A stretch of 64,000 nt of DNA from an uncultured Verrucomicrobiae bacterium. GTDB lineage: Bacteria > Verrucomicrobiota > Verrucomicrobiia > Chthoniobacterales > JAFAMB01. The translations under genes were made by a program, and so were the position numbers. Shown here one piece after another: positions 38,752-47,434 of the stretch. Numbering within the stretch: the first letter of the stretch is position 1; each line of letters opens with the position of its first letter. The stretch lies in contig CAWIPH010000002.1 of NCBI GenBank assembly GCA_963837955.1, positions 1,984,001 through 2,048,000 on the forward strand. Direction: 5' to 3'. The notes under the pieces were generated by a model. That model saw only the letters and a list, made by a program, of their open reading frames with translations. It was not told where the DNA came from and made no database searches.

Positions 38752-40614
38752 ATGGCAACGGCTAGTAAACCATCAAAGATACATCTCCTAACTCTTGGGC
38801 ACTTCGCGAGGCTGCGATCCCTCCCGAGCATCCTGGGCTGTTTGATCATCCTGATCTTTCCGGTCGCCGCTCACGCGTGGTGGAATGGCGATTGGTCGAT
38901 CCGAAGGAAAATCACTGTAGACATGACGGCAACAGGGGCCGCCATCACCGAGCCGATCGGCACCGTTCCGCTGCTACTTCGGCTGCACGACGGCAACTTC
39001 CAATTCAGCGCAGCGAAAGAAGACGGGAGCGATATCCGTCTCGTTGCCGAAGACGATAAGACTCTCCTCACCTATCACGTGGAAAAGTATGATTCGCTTT
39101 TGAACGAAGCGTTCGTCTGGGTGAAGATCCCCGATCTGAAGCCTGGCGCGAAGACCAGCTTCTGGCTCTACTACGGCAACAGTAACGCGTCGGCCACGCG
39201 AGTCGATAATGCGAAGGGCACATATGATCCCGAAACGGTGCTGGTCTACCATTTCGGAGCACAACCTCCGGCGGATTCCACAAGTTACGAGAACAACGCG
39301 AAGACCGCGGGCACTGCCGTAGAAGGTTCACTCATTGGAAGCGGCGTACGCCTGGATGGAAAGAACGCTATCGCGCTGCCTGACTCTCCCTCGCTGGCCT
39401 GGACGCAGGGTGGAGCGCTGACCTGGTCGGCTTGGATCAATCCCTCGGCGTTGCAGCCGAACGCCGCGATCTATAGCCGTCGAGAAGGTGCGAATAGCTT
39501 CGTGATTGGCCTCGATAACGGCATTCCCTATGTGGAAGTGACCGGGTCGAACGGTACTGCTCGTACCGGACCGGGAACCGCGATTCCCACGGGCAGCTGG
39601 CGGCATCTTGCAGTGGTCGCCGCAGGCTCGGTGATCACGCTCTATGTCGATGGCGCATCCTACGGGACGGTGAGTGCGTCAATCCCGGCGACGAGCAGTT
39701 CCGCGTTGATCGGAGGAGACACGGCCGGATCCGGTTTCACCGGTGAAATGGACGAGCTGGAAATTTCGAAGGTCGCGCGCGATCCGGGCTTCATCAAACT
39801 GCTGGCCAACGACCAGGGCGGTGAAAAAGCGACCAAACTGCTGACGTTTGGCGAAGACGAGCAGACGGGAAGCTGGTTGACCGGTTATTTCGCGGTCATC
39901 CTGAAGTCAGTAACTCCCGACGGCTGGGTCGTGATTGGCATCCTCATGGTGATGGCTGTGTTCAGTTGGTTCGTGATGTTTAATCGGTTGGCCTATCTGA
40001 ACCGAGTCAGTAAAGGGAACGCAAAGTTCCTGGAGGAGTGGAACCATATTTCGAGAGATCTCACTGTTCTGGACGACGGAAACGCTGAAAAGGTGAGAAC
40101 CATGGGTGGCCGGATTGGGATAGGGAGCAGCGCCATCCGCAACGCTGCCATTTACCGGATCTATCACATCGGAGCGGAGGAAATCCGGCACCGACTCGGG
40201 AACGGGGGGCCCAAGGTGCTGTCCGGTCCATCGATCCAAGCTATCCGCGCTAGCCTCGATGGCGGACTCGTACGCGAGAGCCAAAAACTCAATAGCCTGA
40301 TGGTGTTCCTCACGCTGGCCATCTCGGGTGGTCCGTTCCTCGGTCTTCTGGGTACGGTGGTCGGCGTGATGATCACTTTTGCCGCGATTGCTGCTGCGGG
40401 CGACGTGAACGTCAATTCCATTGCGCCCGGTATTGCCGCCGCGTTGGTGGCAACGGTGGCCGGTCTCGCTGTCGCCATCCCCGCCCTGTTTGGCTACAAT
40501 TACTTACTCACTCGAATCAAGAATCTGACCAGCGACATGAACGTCTTCATCGACGAATTCGTGACGAAGATGGCCGAGTTCTACAGCAGCCGGCCGGACG
40601 AGGTGGTCCGCTGA
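38752..40614 (+). CDS. exbB: DUF2341 + LamG-like + MotA/TolQ/ExbB fusion
   Basis: WWNGDW..R, DGSDIR, LYYGN; concanavalin-like WRHLAVV/LYVDG; GPFLGLLGTVVG, PGIAAALVATVAGL. Confidence 0.9.
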   Translation: MATASKPSKIHLLTLGHFARLRSLPSILGCLIILIFPVAAHAWWNGDWSIRRKITVDMTATGAAITEPIGTVPLLLRLHDGNFQFSAAKEDGSDIRLVAEDDKTLLTYHVEKYDSLLNEAFVWVKIPDLKPGAKTSFWLYYGNSNASATRVDNAKGTYDPETVLVYHFGAQPPADSTSYENNAKTAGTAVEGSLIGSGVRLDGKNAIALPDSPSLAWTQGGALTWSAWINPSALQPNAAIYSRREGANSFVIGLDNGIPYVEVTGSNGTARTGPGTAIPTGSWRHLAVVAAGSVITLYVDGASYGTVSASIPATSSSALIGGDTAGSGFTGEMDELEISKVARDPGFIKLLANDQGGEKATKLLTFGEDEQTGSWLTGYFAVILKSVTPDGWVVIGILMVMAVFSWFVMFNRLAYLNRVSKGNAKFLEEWNHISRDLTVLDDGNAEKVRTMGGRIGIGSSAIRNAAIYRIYHIGAEEIRHRLGNGGPKVLSGPSIQAIRASLDGGLVRESQKLNSLMVFLTLAISGGPFLGLLGTVVGVMITFAAIAAAGDVNVNSIAPGIAAALVATVAGLAVAIPALFGYNYLLTRIKNLTSDMNVFIDEFVTKMAEFYSSRPDEVVR

Positions 40615-40643
40615 TCCAGCTCTCTTTTTAAGAACGGAGCTCT

Positions 40644-41048
40644 ATGCAAGTCCAATCCGAAGAGAAGCCTTACGACGACATCAACATCACGCCGATGCTC
40701 GACCTGGCTTATGTGCTCCTCGTTATCTTCATCATCATGACGACTGCTTCGGTCCAAGGACTGAAGGTCAATCTGCCCAAGGCGGGCGCCGCGCCCAGCT
40801 TGGCTAAGCCGCAGACCAAGGCGATCACGGTCACCAACGAAGGCAAGATTTTTCTCGATACGGTTCCCGTCACGCTAGCGGAATTGGAACAGCGTCTGAC
40901 CCAACAGAAAGCGCAGACACCTGAGTTTCCGGTGGTGGTACGAGGCGATAGCCTAACTCAATATCAGAAGGTTATGGACGTACTGGATTTGCTCGGGCGT
41001 TTAGGCATAACCCAGGTCGGACTGGCGACCAAACCGCTCGTGAAATGA
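40644..41048 (+). CDS. exbD: biopolymer transporter ExbD
   Basis: INITPMLDLAYVLLVIFII, VNLPKA, VRGD, VMDVL. Confidence 0.92.
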   Translation: MQVQSEEKPYDDINITPMLDLAYVLLVIFIIMTTASVQGLKVNLPKAGAAPSLAKPQTKAITVTNEGKIFLDTVPVTLAELEQRLTQQKAQTPEFPVVVRGDSLTQYQKVMDVLDLLGRLGITQVGLATKPLVK

Positions 41049-41148
41049 TTGCGCGCTACAAGTTCTCAGAATGTTGTTTTTGCGCGAGGAGTTTCTCCCT
41101 TCCTTCGCGAGTGATCAACCACGCTGCGAATCGTAACCCCGTGGCTCC

Positions 41149-41865
41149 ATGGATCTGACTGACCAAGACGAAATCAGTTTCTTTCGCCGGCATCGTTTCT
41201 TGGTCGCTGGCGGCGTCCTGCTCGCCCTCATCGCAATCGCCGCTTTGGCCATGAAGATGTTCACTGGTCAGAGCTCGACGCCAGTCAAGGTGCCGCAAAT
41301 GACTTTCGTGAAGCTGTTGCCTCCGGCGCCGACGCCGACGCCACCTCCGCCGACGCAGTCAACGCCGCGCCCGCAGGAGATGATCGAGCAAAAACAGATG
41401 GTCGAGCCGGAGAACAAGCCAATCAAACCGGACGAGAAACCCAAGGAAGAGTCGAAGGATAATAAGAAGCCGCCGGGTCCGTTAGGCCTTAATGCGAAAG
41501 GGGAAGGAAATTCGGACTCCTTCGGGTTGGTGGGTAGGCCTGGCGGCAATGGCTTGTTGAACGGAGGCGGTGGCGGTGGTGGCACGCGCTGGGGTTGGTA
41601 CGCCAATCAGGTTCAGGCGAAGATCGAAGACGCTCTGCGGCAAAATCGCCAGACCCGCGACGCTGCGCTCCGGGTTCAGGTCCGCATATGGGCCGATAGC
41701 ACCGGCCGCGTTACCCGCGCTCAACTGGTGGGCTCGACGGGCAACGCGGCAATCGATAGCGCCATCACGAACGAGGTTTTGTCAGGACTCCAGTTCCAGG
41801 AGCCTCCGCCCTCCGACATGCCAATGCCGATTGTCCTGCGGCTCACCGAGCGGCGACCCAACTAA
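41149..41865 (+). CDS. TonB/TolA-like energy transducer
   Basis: N-terminal TM, Pro/Lys/Glu-rich linker, C-terminal GRV..AQLVGSTG..AID domain. Confidence 0.85.
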   Translation: MDLTDQDEISFFRRHRFLVAGGVLLALIAIAALAMKMFTGQSSTPVKVPQMTFVKLLPPAPTPTPPPPTQSTPRPQEMIEQKQMVEPENKPIKPDEKPKEESKDNKKPPGPLGLNAKGEGNSDSFGLVGRPGGNGLLNGGGGGGGTRWGWYANQVQAKIEDALRQNRQTRDAALRVQVRIWADSTGRVTRAQLVGSTGNAAIDSAITNEVLSGLQFQEPPPSDMPMPIVLRLTERRPN

Positions 41866-41900
41866 CTCGATACCACTTTCGCAAAAGATCTCAGCTAACT

Positions 41901-43898
41901 ATGGTCCACAAAGAACACATTCTTCGCCGCCAGACGCTGTTGTTCGCATCGATATGGTGCGTATCCGCAGCGCTGCCGGCATTTGCAGCTGATCCAGTTG
42001 CGACGCCGAGCCCTCCTAATTTCCCGGTCTCGGACACTGCTCCTATTCCCTCGCCAACCCCGCTTGTTGCTGCATCTCCAGCTGCTTCCGCAACTCCAGC
42101 GCCTTCGGCAACGCCATCGCAGAATGTAACGATCAATCTGATCAATCGTCTGGTTCAGCGCGGTGTTCTTACCAAAGAAGATGCAGATGAACTCATCAAG
42201 CAGGCCGAAGCCGATGCGGTCCGCGCCCGGGAAGAGGTTACGAAAGCGAATGAAACACCGGCTCCCGGCTCGGCCCTGATGACTCCGGGAGGTCTTTTGC
42301 CTTCTCCTCAGTTTATGCCGACCCAGAATCCGGTCGCCAATGCCGAGAGCGGCTCCGTTCCGCCGGCCAGTCAGGAGCCTCCGCCAGCTCTCGAACCTGG
42401 TCCCGACGACACGGTGCGGGTTACTTACATACCCGAGGTCGTGAAGGCTCAGTTGCGGGATGAAATCAAGCAGGAGGTTATGCAGGAAGCTCGCGACGAG
42501 CGCTGGGCGGCTCCGCGCACTTTTCCGGAATGGGTGTCGCGCATTAAGCTTTTCGGGGATGTCCGTTTCCGTTACGAAGGTATTTTCTTTCCCTCCGGTA
42601 ACGATAACACCGGCGCTTTTCCCAATTTCAACGCGATCAATACCGGGCCCCCTTTTGATGTGAGTCAGAACAACACCAGTTTCCCGCCAGAGCTCAATGT
42701 CGATAAGGAGCGCAATCGGTTCCGGATGCGAGTTCGAGCCGGCCTGCTTGCGGATTTGGGTGATGGGTTTACGATCGGAATCCGTGGAGCCACCGGGGAA
42801 AACGACTCTCCGGTGACAGAGAATCAGACGGTCGGAGCTGCGAACAGCGGGCAGGGAGGCAATTTCAGCAAATACGCGATCTGGCTCGATCGTGCTTTTC
42901 TGAAGTACGAGATTGGATGTCTGCCCGTTAGCGATTTGGCTATTACGTTTGGCCGTTTCGACAATCCGTTCTTTGCCACTACCATGATCTGGGCAAACGA
43001 TCTTGGCTTTGACGGCGTGGTGTTGCAGGGGAAATACCAATTTTTCGGATCTGTGACTCCGTTCCTGACACTGGGCGCCTTTCCTGTCTTTAACACGGAG
43101 CTCAACTTCGCCTCCACCAATGCCGCCAAGTTCAACAGCGAAGATAAATATCTTTTCGCGATTCAAGGTGGGACCGAGTGGGTGATTAACCGCGATTTCA
43201 GCACGAAACTGGGCCTCGCGTACTACTACTTCAAGAATATCGAGGGCCGGCTCTCGAAGCCGTTTACACCGCTTTCCTCGTCGGACCAGGGAAACACGGA
43301 TGACAGCCGGCCGGCGTTTGCCCAGAACGGGAACACCTACATGGCCTTACGGAATATCATCGGGACTGCCTCCAATAACTTTAATCAGACCAACCAATTC
43401 CAGTACTTTGGACTCGCCACGCCGTTCCATGAATTGGCGTTTACCGGACGACTCGATTACAACCATTTTGAGCCGCTCCAGGTATCGCTGGTAGGGGAAT
43501 TCGTCACGAACGTCGCTTTCGATCGAAGCCAAATAGCGGGCAAGGCGGTGAACAATCGGAGTACAGCGACTCTCCCGGCAGTCGGTTCGTTTGCGGGTGG
43601 TAATACGGCCTGGATCATCAATCTTACCGCTGGGAGCGCCACATTTCAGAAGCGATGGGATTGGAACGTCGGCATCGGATACCGCTATGTGGAATCTGAC
43701 GCAGTGGTCGATGGCTTTAACGACTCCGATTTCGGCACTCCACTATCCGGCACCAATCTGAAGGGCTACACCATCTTCGGAAATCTTGCTCTAACTCCCA
43801 ATGTTTATCTCGGAATCCGTTGGATGAGCGCCAACGAGATTGCGGGTCCTCCCTTCAAATCCGACGTACTGCAAGTCGACATCAACGGAAAGTTCTAA
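41901..43898 (+). CDS. putative outer-membrane porin
   Basis: LVQRGVLT N-terminal motif, GDVRFRYE, RFRMRVR, DSDFG..GTN.KG, C-terminal DINGKF. Confidence 0.85.
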   Translation: MVHKEHILRRQTLLFASIWCVSAALPAFAADPVATPSPPNFPVSDTAPIPSPTPLVAASPAASATPAPSATPSQNVTINLINRLVQRGVLTKEDADELIKQAEADAVRAREEVTKANETPAPGSALMTPGGLLPSPQFMPTQNPVANAESGSVPPASQEPPPALEPGPDDTVRVTYIPEVVKAQLRDEIKQEVMQEARDERWAAPRTFPEWVSRIKLFGDVRFRYEGIFFPSGNDNTGAFPNFNAINTGPPFDVSQNNTSFPPELNVDKERNRFRMRVRAGLLADLGDGFTIGIRGATGENDSPVTENQTVGAANSGQGGNFSKYAIWLDRAFLKYEIGCLPVSDLAITFGRFDNPFFATTMIWANDLGFDGVVLQGKYQFFGSVTPFLTLGAFPVFNTELNFASTNAAKFNSEDKYLFAIQGGTEWVINRDFSTKLGLAYYYFKNIEGRLSKPFTPLSSSDQGNTDDSRPAFAQNGNTYMALRNIIGTASNNFNQTNQFQYFGLATPFHELAFTGRLDYNHFEPLQVSLVGEFVTNVAFDRSQIAGKAVNNRSTATLPAVGSFAGGNTAWIINLTAGSATFQKRWDWNVGIGYRYVESDAVVDGFNDSDFGTPLSGTNLKGYTIFGNLALTPNVYLGIRWMSANEIAGPPFKSDVLQVDINGKF

Positions 43899-43900
43899 TC

Positions 43901-44548
43901 ATGTCCCGAAACATCTCACCTTTCATCGCTATGAGCTTGCTCTGGATCTGGATGGCCGGAGCGCTCAAAGCAGCCGATCAAACGACTTCACCGGAGGAGC
44001 GTCTGCGCGGAATGTTGCGCACCACGATGCTCCAACTGCGTGAGGCCCAGAATCAGAACGCTGTCCTGCAGACAGCCAAAGCCGAAGCCGAAAAAGGGAA
44101 ACAAGAGGTCAGCGATCGTCTCGAAGCTTTGACTAAGCAAGCCGCGGCCGACAAAGATGCCGCAACTAAAACTGTTTCTGATCTCAACGCCAAACTCGCT
44201 GATCAGAATACGCAGCTGGCCCAGTATAAGGATGCTCTGGAAAAATGGCAGCAAGGCTACAAACAGGCGGCCGAGCTGGCGACCACGAAGGAGGCACAGC
44301 GGGCTAAGCTCGCCTCTCAGGTCATTGTCCTGCAGCGGCGGGTCGAAGACGATGAACGCAAGAATGCCGAACTTTACAGCCTGGGGAAAGAAATCCTCAA
44401 CCGTTACGAAAAGTTCGGTCTCGGGACGGCTCTGACTGCCCGCGAACCGTTCGTTGGTGTAACGCGCGTGAAACTCGAGAACTTAGTCCAGGATTATTCA
44501 GATAAACTTAGCGACCAACAAATCAAACCAACTGCTCCCGCTCATTGA
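43901..44548 (+). CDS. secreted coiled-coil protein
   Basis: Signal peptide, heptad-rich body, REPFVG..RVKLENLVQDY tail. Confidence 0.8.
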   Translation: MSRNISPFIAMSLLWIWMAGALKAADQTTSPEERLRGMLRTTMLQLREAQNQNAVLQTAKAEAEKGKQEVSDRLEALTKQAAADKDAATKTVSDLNAKLADQNTQLAQYKDALEKWQQGYKQAAELATTKEAQRAKLASQVIVLQRRVEDDERKNAELYSLGKEILNRYEKFGLGTALTAREPFVGVTRVKLENLVQDYSDKLSDQQIKPTAPAH

Positions 44549-44590
44549 TCTCACTCTTGCATATCTCGCCTATCCAGATCCTCTCCTAAT

Positions 44591-45589
44591 ATGAATCTCT
44601 CCTTGTCGTCTGTATCGTCTTCGAGTTCGCGTGTCTTTCATCGGTTACCGGCCTTGAGCGTCGCACTATCTTGGTTGGGGAAGGTGCACGTGGGCCTCTT
44701 GGCGTCGAGCTTGCTTGTTTACAGCGCGACCGCGGCTGATCCGAGCCCGTCCGCTACTGACTCCGCGGTGATCGCTCGGATCGGCGACACCGAAGTCAAA
44801 ATCGACGATATCCGCGCCTCGATCGAATCCCTCGATGCTCGCGACCAAGCGGCGTTGGCCCGCGATCCGAGTTTGCTGAACCAGGTCGTACGAACATTCC
44901 TCGTGCGCCGGATCGTGTTGAAGGAAGCCCTGGCTAAAAAATGGGACCAGGAGTCGGCGGTAGCCGCGCAGATCCAACGGGCGCGCGACAACACCATCGT
45001 TGAAACTTATTTGCAATCCGTTTCCAAGCCGGTCGACACGTATCCGAGCGACGCCGAGTTACAGACCGCCTATGAGACCAAGAAAGCTCAGTTACTTGTT
45101 CCCCGGCAGTTTCGGCTGGCCCAAATCTTTATCGCAATGCCGAAGACCGCTGATAAAGCCACGACAGATAAAGCCCAAACCAAACTAGAGGCCGTTAAAA
45201 AGAGTCTACACCAAACCGGTGCCGATTTCGCGGTGATCGCCAAGGCAAACAGTGAAGAAGCGGAGAGTGCGGCGCGCGGAGGTGAAATTGGTTGGCTTAC
45301 GGAAACCCAGGTGCAACCCGAGGTTCGACCCCAAGTGACCTCTCTGAGCAAGAACGCGGCGTCCGAACCAATCCGACTGGAAGACGGGTGGCACATTCTC
45401 AAGGTTCTTGATATCAAGGAGGCATACACTCCGACGCTCGACGAGATTCGCAGCCAGCTAGTACAGCAGCTTCGGAACGAAAAAACCCAAAGCAACAGTC
45501 AGGCATATCTGGCCAAGCTGTTGCAGCAAAGCCCCGTCGCGATCAACGAGCTAGCTCTCTCGAAAGTTTTGAACAAGACGGAGAAGTGA
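44591..45589 (+). CDS. PpiC-type peptidyl-prolyl isomerase (SurA/PrsA-like)
   Basis: LAQIFI, ADFAVIAKANS, GGEIGW, SEPI..GWHILK. Confidence 0.88.
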   Translation: MNLSLSSVSSSSSRVFHRLPALSVALSWLGKVHVGLLASSLLVYSATAADPSPSATDSAVIARIGDTEVKIDDIRASIESLDARDQAALARDPSLLNQVVRTFLVRRIVLKEALAKKWDQESAVAAQIQRARDNTIVETYLQSVSKPVDTYPSDAELQTAYETKKAQLLVPRQFRLAQIFIAMPKTADKATTDKAQTKLEAVKKSLHQTGADFAVIAKANSEEAESAARGGEIGWLTETQVQPEVRPQVTSLSKNAASEPIRLEDGWHILKVLDIKEAYTPTLDEIRSQLVQQLRNEKTQSNSQAYLAKLLQQSPVAINELALSKVLNKTEK

Positions 45590-45678
45590 GGCGTGGTTGG
45601 TGAACGGTGATTGGTGATTGGTGAGCAGTAATCAGTAATCAGTAATCAGTAAGCAGTAAGCGGGGAGCGGAGAGCCGG

Positions 45679-45739
45679 GAGAGCCGGACGCCGGGGTATG
45701 CCGTTGCGTTTGTCGATCGTCACAACAAAACCGCCCGGC
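45679..45739 (+). repeat. left copy of a 61-bp inverted repeat flanking the mini-TpsA gene
   Basis: Reverse complement of 46773-46833 with few mismatches. Confidence 0.8.
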
Positions 45740-46012
45740 GTATATGGTCGGTGACGCGATGACCGATGACCAATCACCGTGCGCTACCACGGGGGGACCG
45801 AGTCCCTGGGGCTTCGCCCCTAGGCTATCCTAAAACGTGCCTTCAGCCCTAACTAACTAAGCTAATCACCGATCACCAATCATTCGCCATCCCAGCCCGC
45901 TGAGCGACGCGCCACACGAATGTAACAATCAAAATGCAGACGACTCGGTGTGTTGATGACAATGATAAGGGCAACGATTTCAACAAACTTTCGGTAACCG
46001 ACCTACACGTTT

Positions 46013-46561
46013 ATGTGCACCCTGAAATCTTCCGATTTGTTTGGCGCGCATCGGAGCGCCTTTTCGACCGCTGCCGCGATCCTGGTCATGATTGGAGCTA
46101 TTTCCGTCGCTGCCGGGGGTGATGCCGGGAACATACTGCGCTCAAACCCTGTGGTGAATCCGAATCAGCAGGCGAATGCGATAAATCGTCTCGCGCAGAC
46201 AAATCAGGCGGTGCAAGCAATGCAGAATACGACTAATGCCCTTCGCAGCCTGAATAATCAGCAGACCAGCCCCATACGCGGCGGTGGCGTGATCGTCAAT
46301 GCGAGCCAGACCCCGAACGCGGTACCGAGCCAGATCCTGGCTTCGTTTCACGTCAATGGCAAAACGTATGTGATCGATCGCAACGGCATCATTTTCGGCG
46401 GTCCGCGGCAGATAAATACGCACGAGTTGACTGGTGCGGCCATGGGAGCAACGAGCGATTGGATGACGGAAGTCGCGAAAAAGCAACGCGCTGAGACTGC
46501 GCCGAAAAAGGTTCCGTCGCTCGTGAGAGCCGAGGTGCTGGGGTACGGCGCTAAGCCCTGA
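46013..46561 (+). CDS. miniature TpsA paralog (N-terminal fragments joined to the C-terminal tail)
   Basis: AGNILR, LAQTNQAVQAMQ, PSQIL..YVIDRNGIIFGG..IN and VPSLVRAEVLGYG match both ends of the 4089-aa protein. Confidence 0.8.
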   Translation: MCTLKSSDLFGAHRSAFSTAAAILVMIGAISVAAGGDAGNILRSNPVVNPNQQANAINRLAQTNQAVQAMQNTTNALRSLNNQQTSPIRGGGVIVNASQTPNAVPSQILASFHVNGKTYVIDRNGIIFGGPRQINTHELTGAAMGATSDWMTEVAKKQRAETAPKKVPSLVRAEVLGYGAKP

Positions 46562-46600
46562 CCGGGCGCTGGTGATTGGTGATCGGTAAGCAGTAAGCAG

Positions 46601-46757
46601 TCTTGCGCTCTTTCAGAGCGGACGCATTGGTTTGGCGCTACCCGGGGTTGCGCAAAGCCTCCACCCCGGGCTGAGTCCTCTAACGCCTTCCGACTTCGCC
46701 AACCATTAGCTATGGTTCGACGTCACAGAAGGGCTTCGTCGGACAGGTCGGCGTATC
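46601..46757. repeat. REP family D arm carrying a nested 59-bp mini-element
   Basis: TCTTGCGCTCTTTCAGAGCG...CCCGGGGTTGCGCAAAGCCTCCACCCCGGG...ACGCCTTC[insert]GGCGTATC. Confidence 0.8.
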
Positions 46758-46772
46758 TGGTGTATCCGACAA

Positions 46773-46833
46773 GCCGGGCGGTTTTGTTGTGACCATTGAC
46801 AACGCGACGGCATACCCCTGGCATCCGGCTCTC
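46773..46833 (-). repeat. right copy of the 61-bp inverted repeat
   Basis: See 45679-45739. Confidence 0.8.
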
Positions 46834-47231
46834 GCTTACTCCTTACTCCTTTCTGCTTACCGATCACAAATCAACGATCACCGCTGCATCGTCACCGCGT
46901 CAGGGGTTGATACGCCGAAGGCGTCAAAGGACTCAGCCCGGGGTGGAGGCTTTGCGTAACCCCGGGTAGCCCAAAAAATGCGTCCGCTCTGAAAGAGCGA
47001 AAGAAGTCTTTAGGGAGCTCGGTTAAGGCAGCAACAATCCGTAGAAGCCAACGCTGGGTGAGAGGATCTAGAAGGGGCGTTCATGCCCTCGATGGAGCCG
47101 GTAATTGAGCGCCGTTCTGCCAGATGGTCTTGCGCTCTTTCAGAGCTTCAACCGGCTGCGCGGGTGTTTTTCACCGTAGGAACATTCATTTAGTGGCGTA
47201 GTGGAGTCTTCCTTCGCTAAGAGGAGGGATG

Positions 47232-47418
47232 CAACGAGGAGGCTTGGCAAGTAATCCGCTTGCCCAGTGGTGTTTAGCAGTAACTAAACCCGCCTTTCAG
47301 CATGGAATCAGACGCTACGATTTTTTCACTGGTGGCTGGAAAGCACTGTGGTGCTTGCAAGACCCCGTTTATGAGAATGTCTCGATCTTTCGCCGTCTGA
47401 GCCACGCCTCCTTCGTTG
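47232..47418 (+). ncRNA. candidate IS110 bridge RNA (target-binding and donor-binding loops)
   Basis: Outer stem 47232-43/47406-18; loop 1 closed by CCAGTG/CACTGG contains CTTTCAG (target); loop 2 closed by GTGGCT/AGCCAC contains TTATGAGA (donor). Confidence 0.7.
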
Positions 47419-47434
47419 GCTAATCAACGAGAGA

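Noticed and set aside
41895..43166. 423-aa minus-strand ORF
   Set aside because: Antisense shadow of the porin gene with no motifs.
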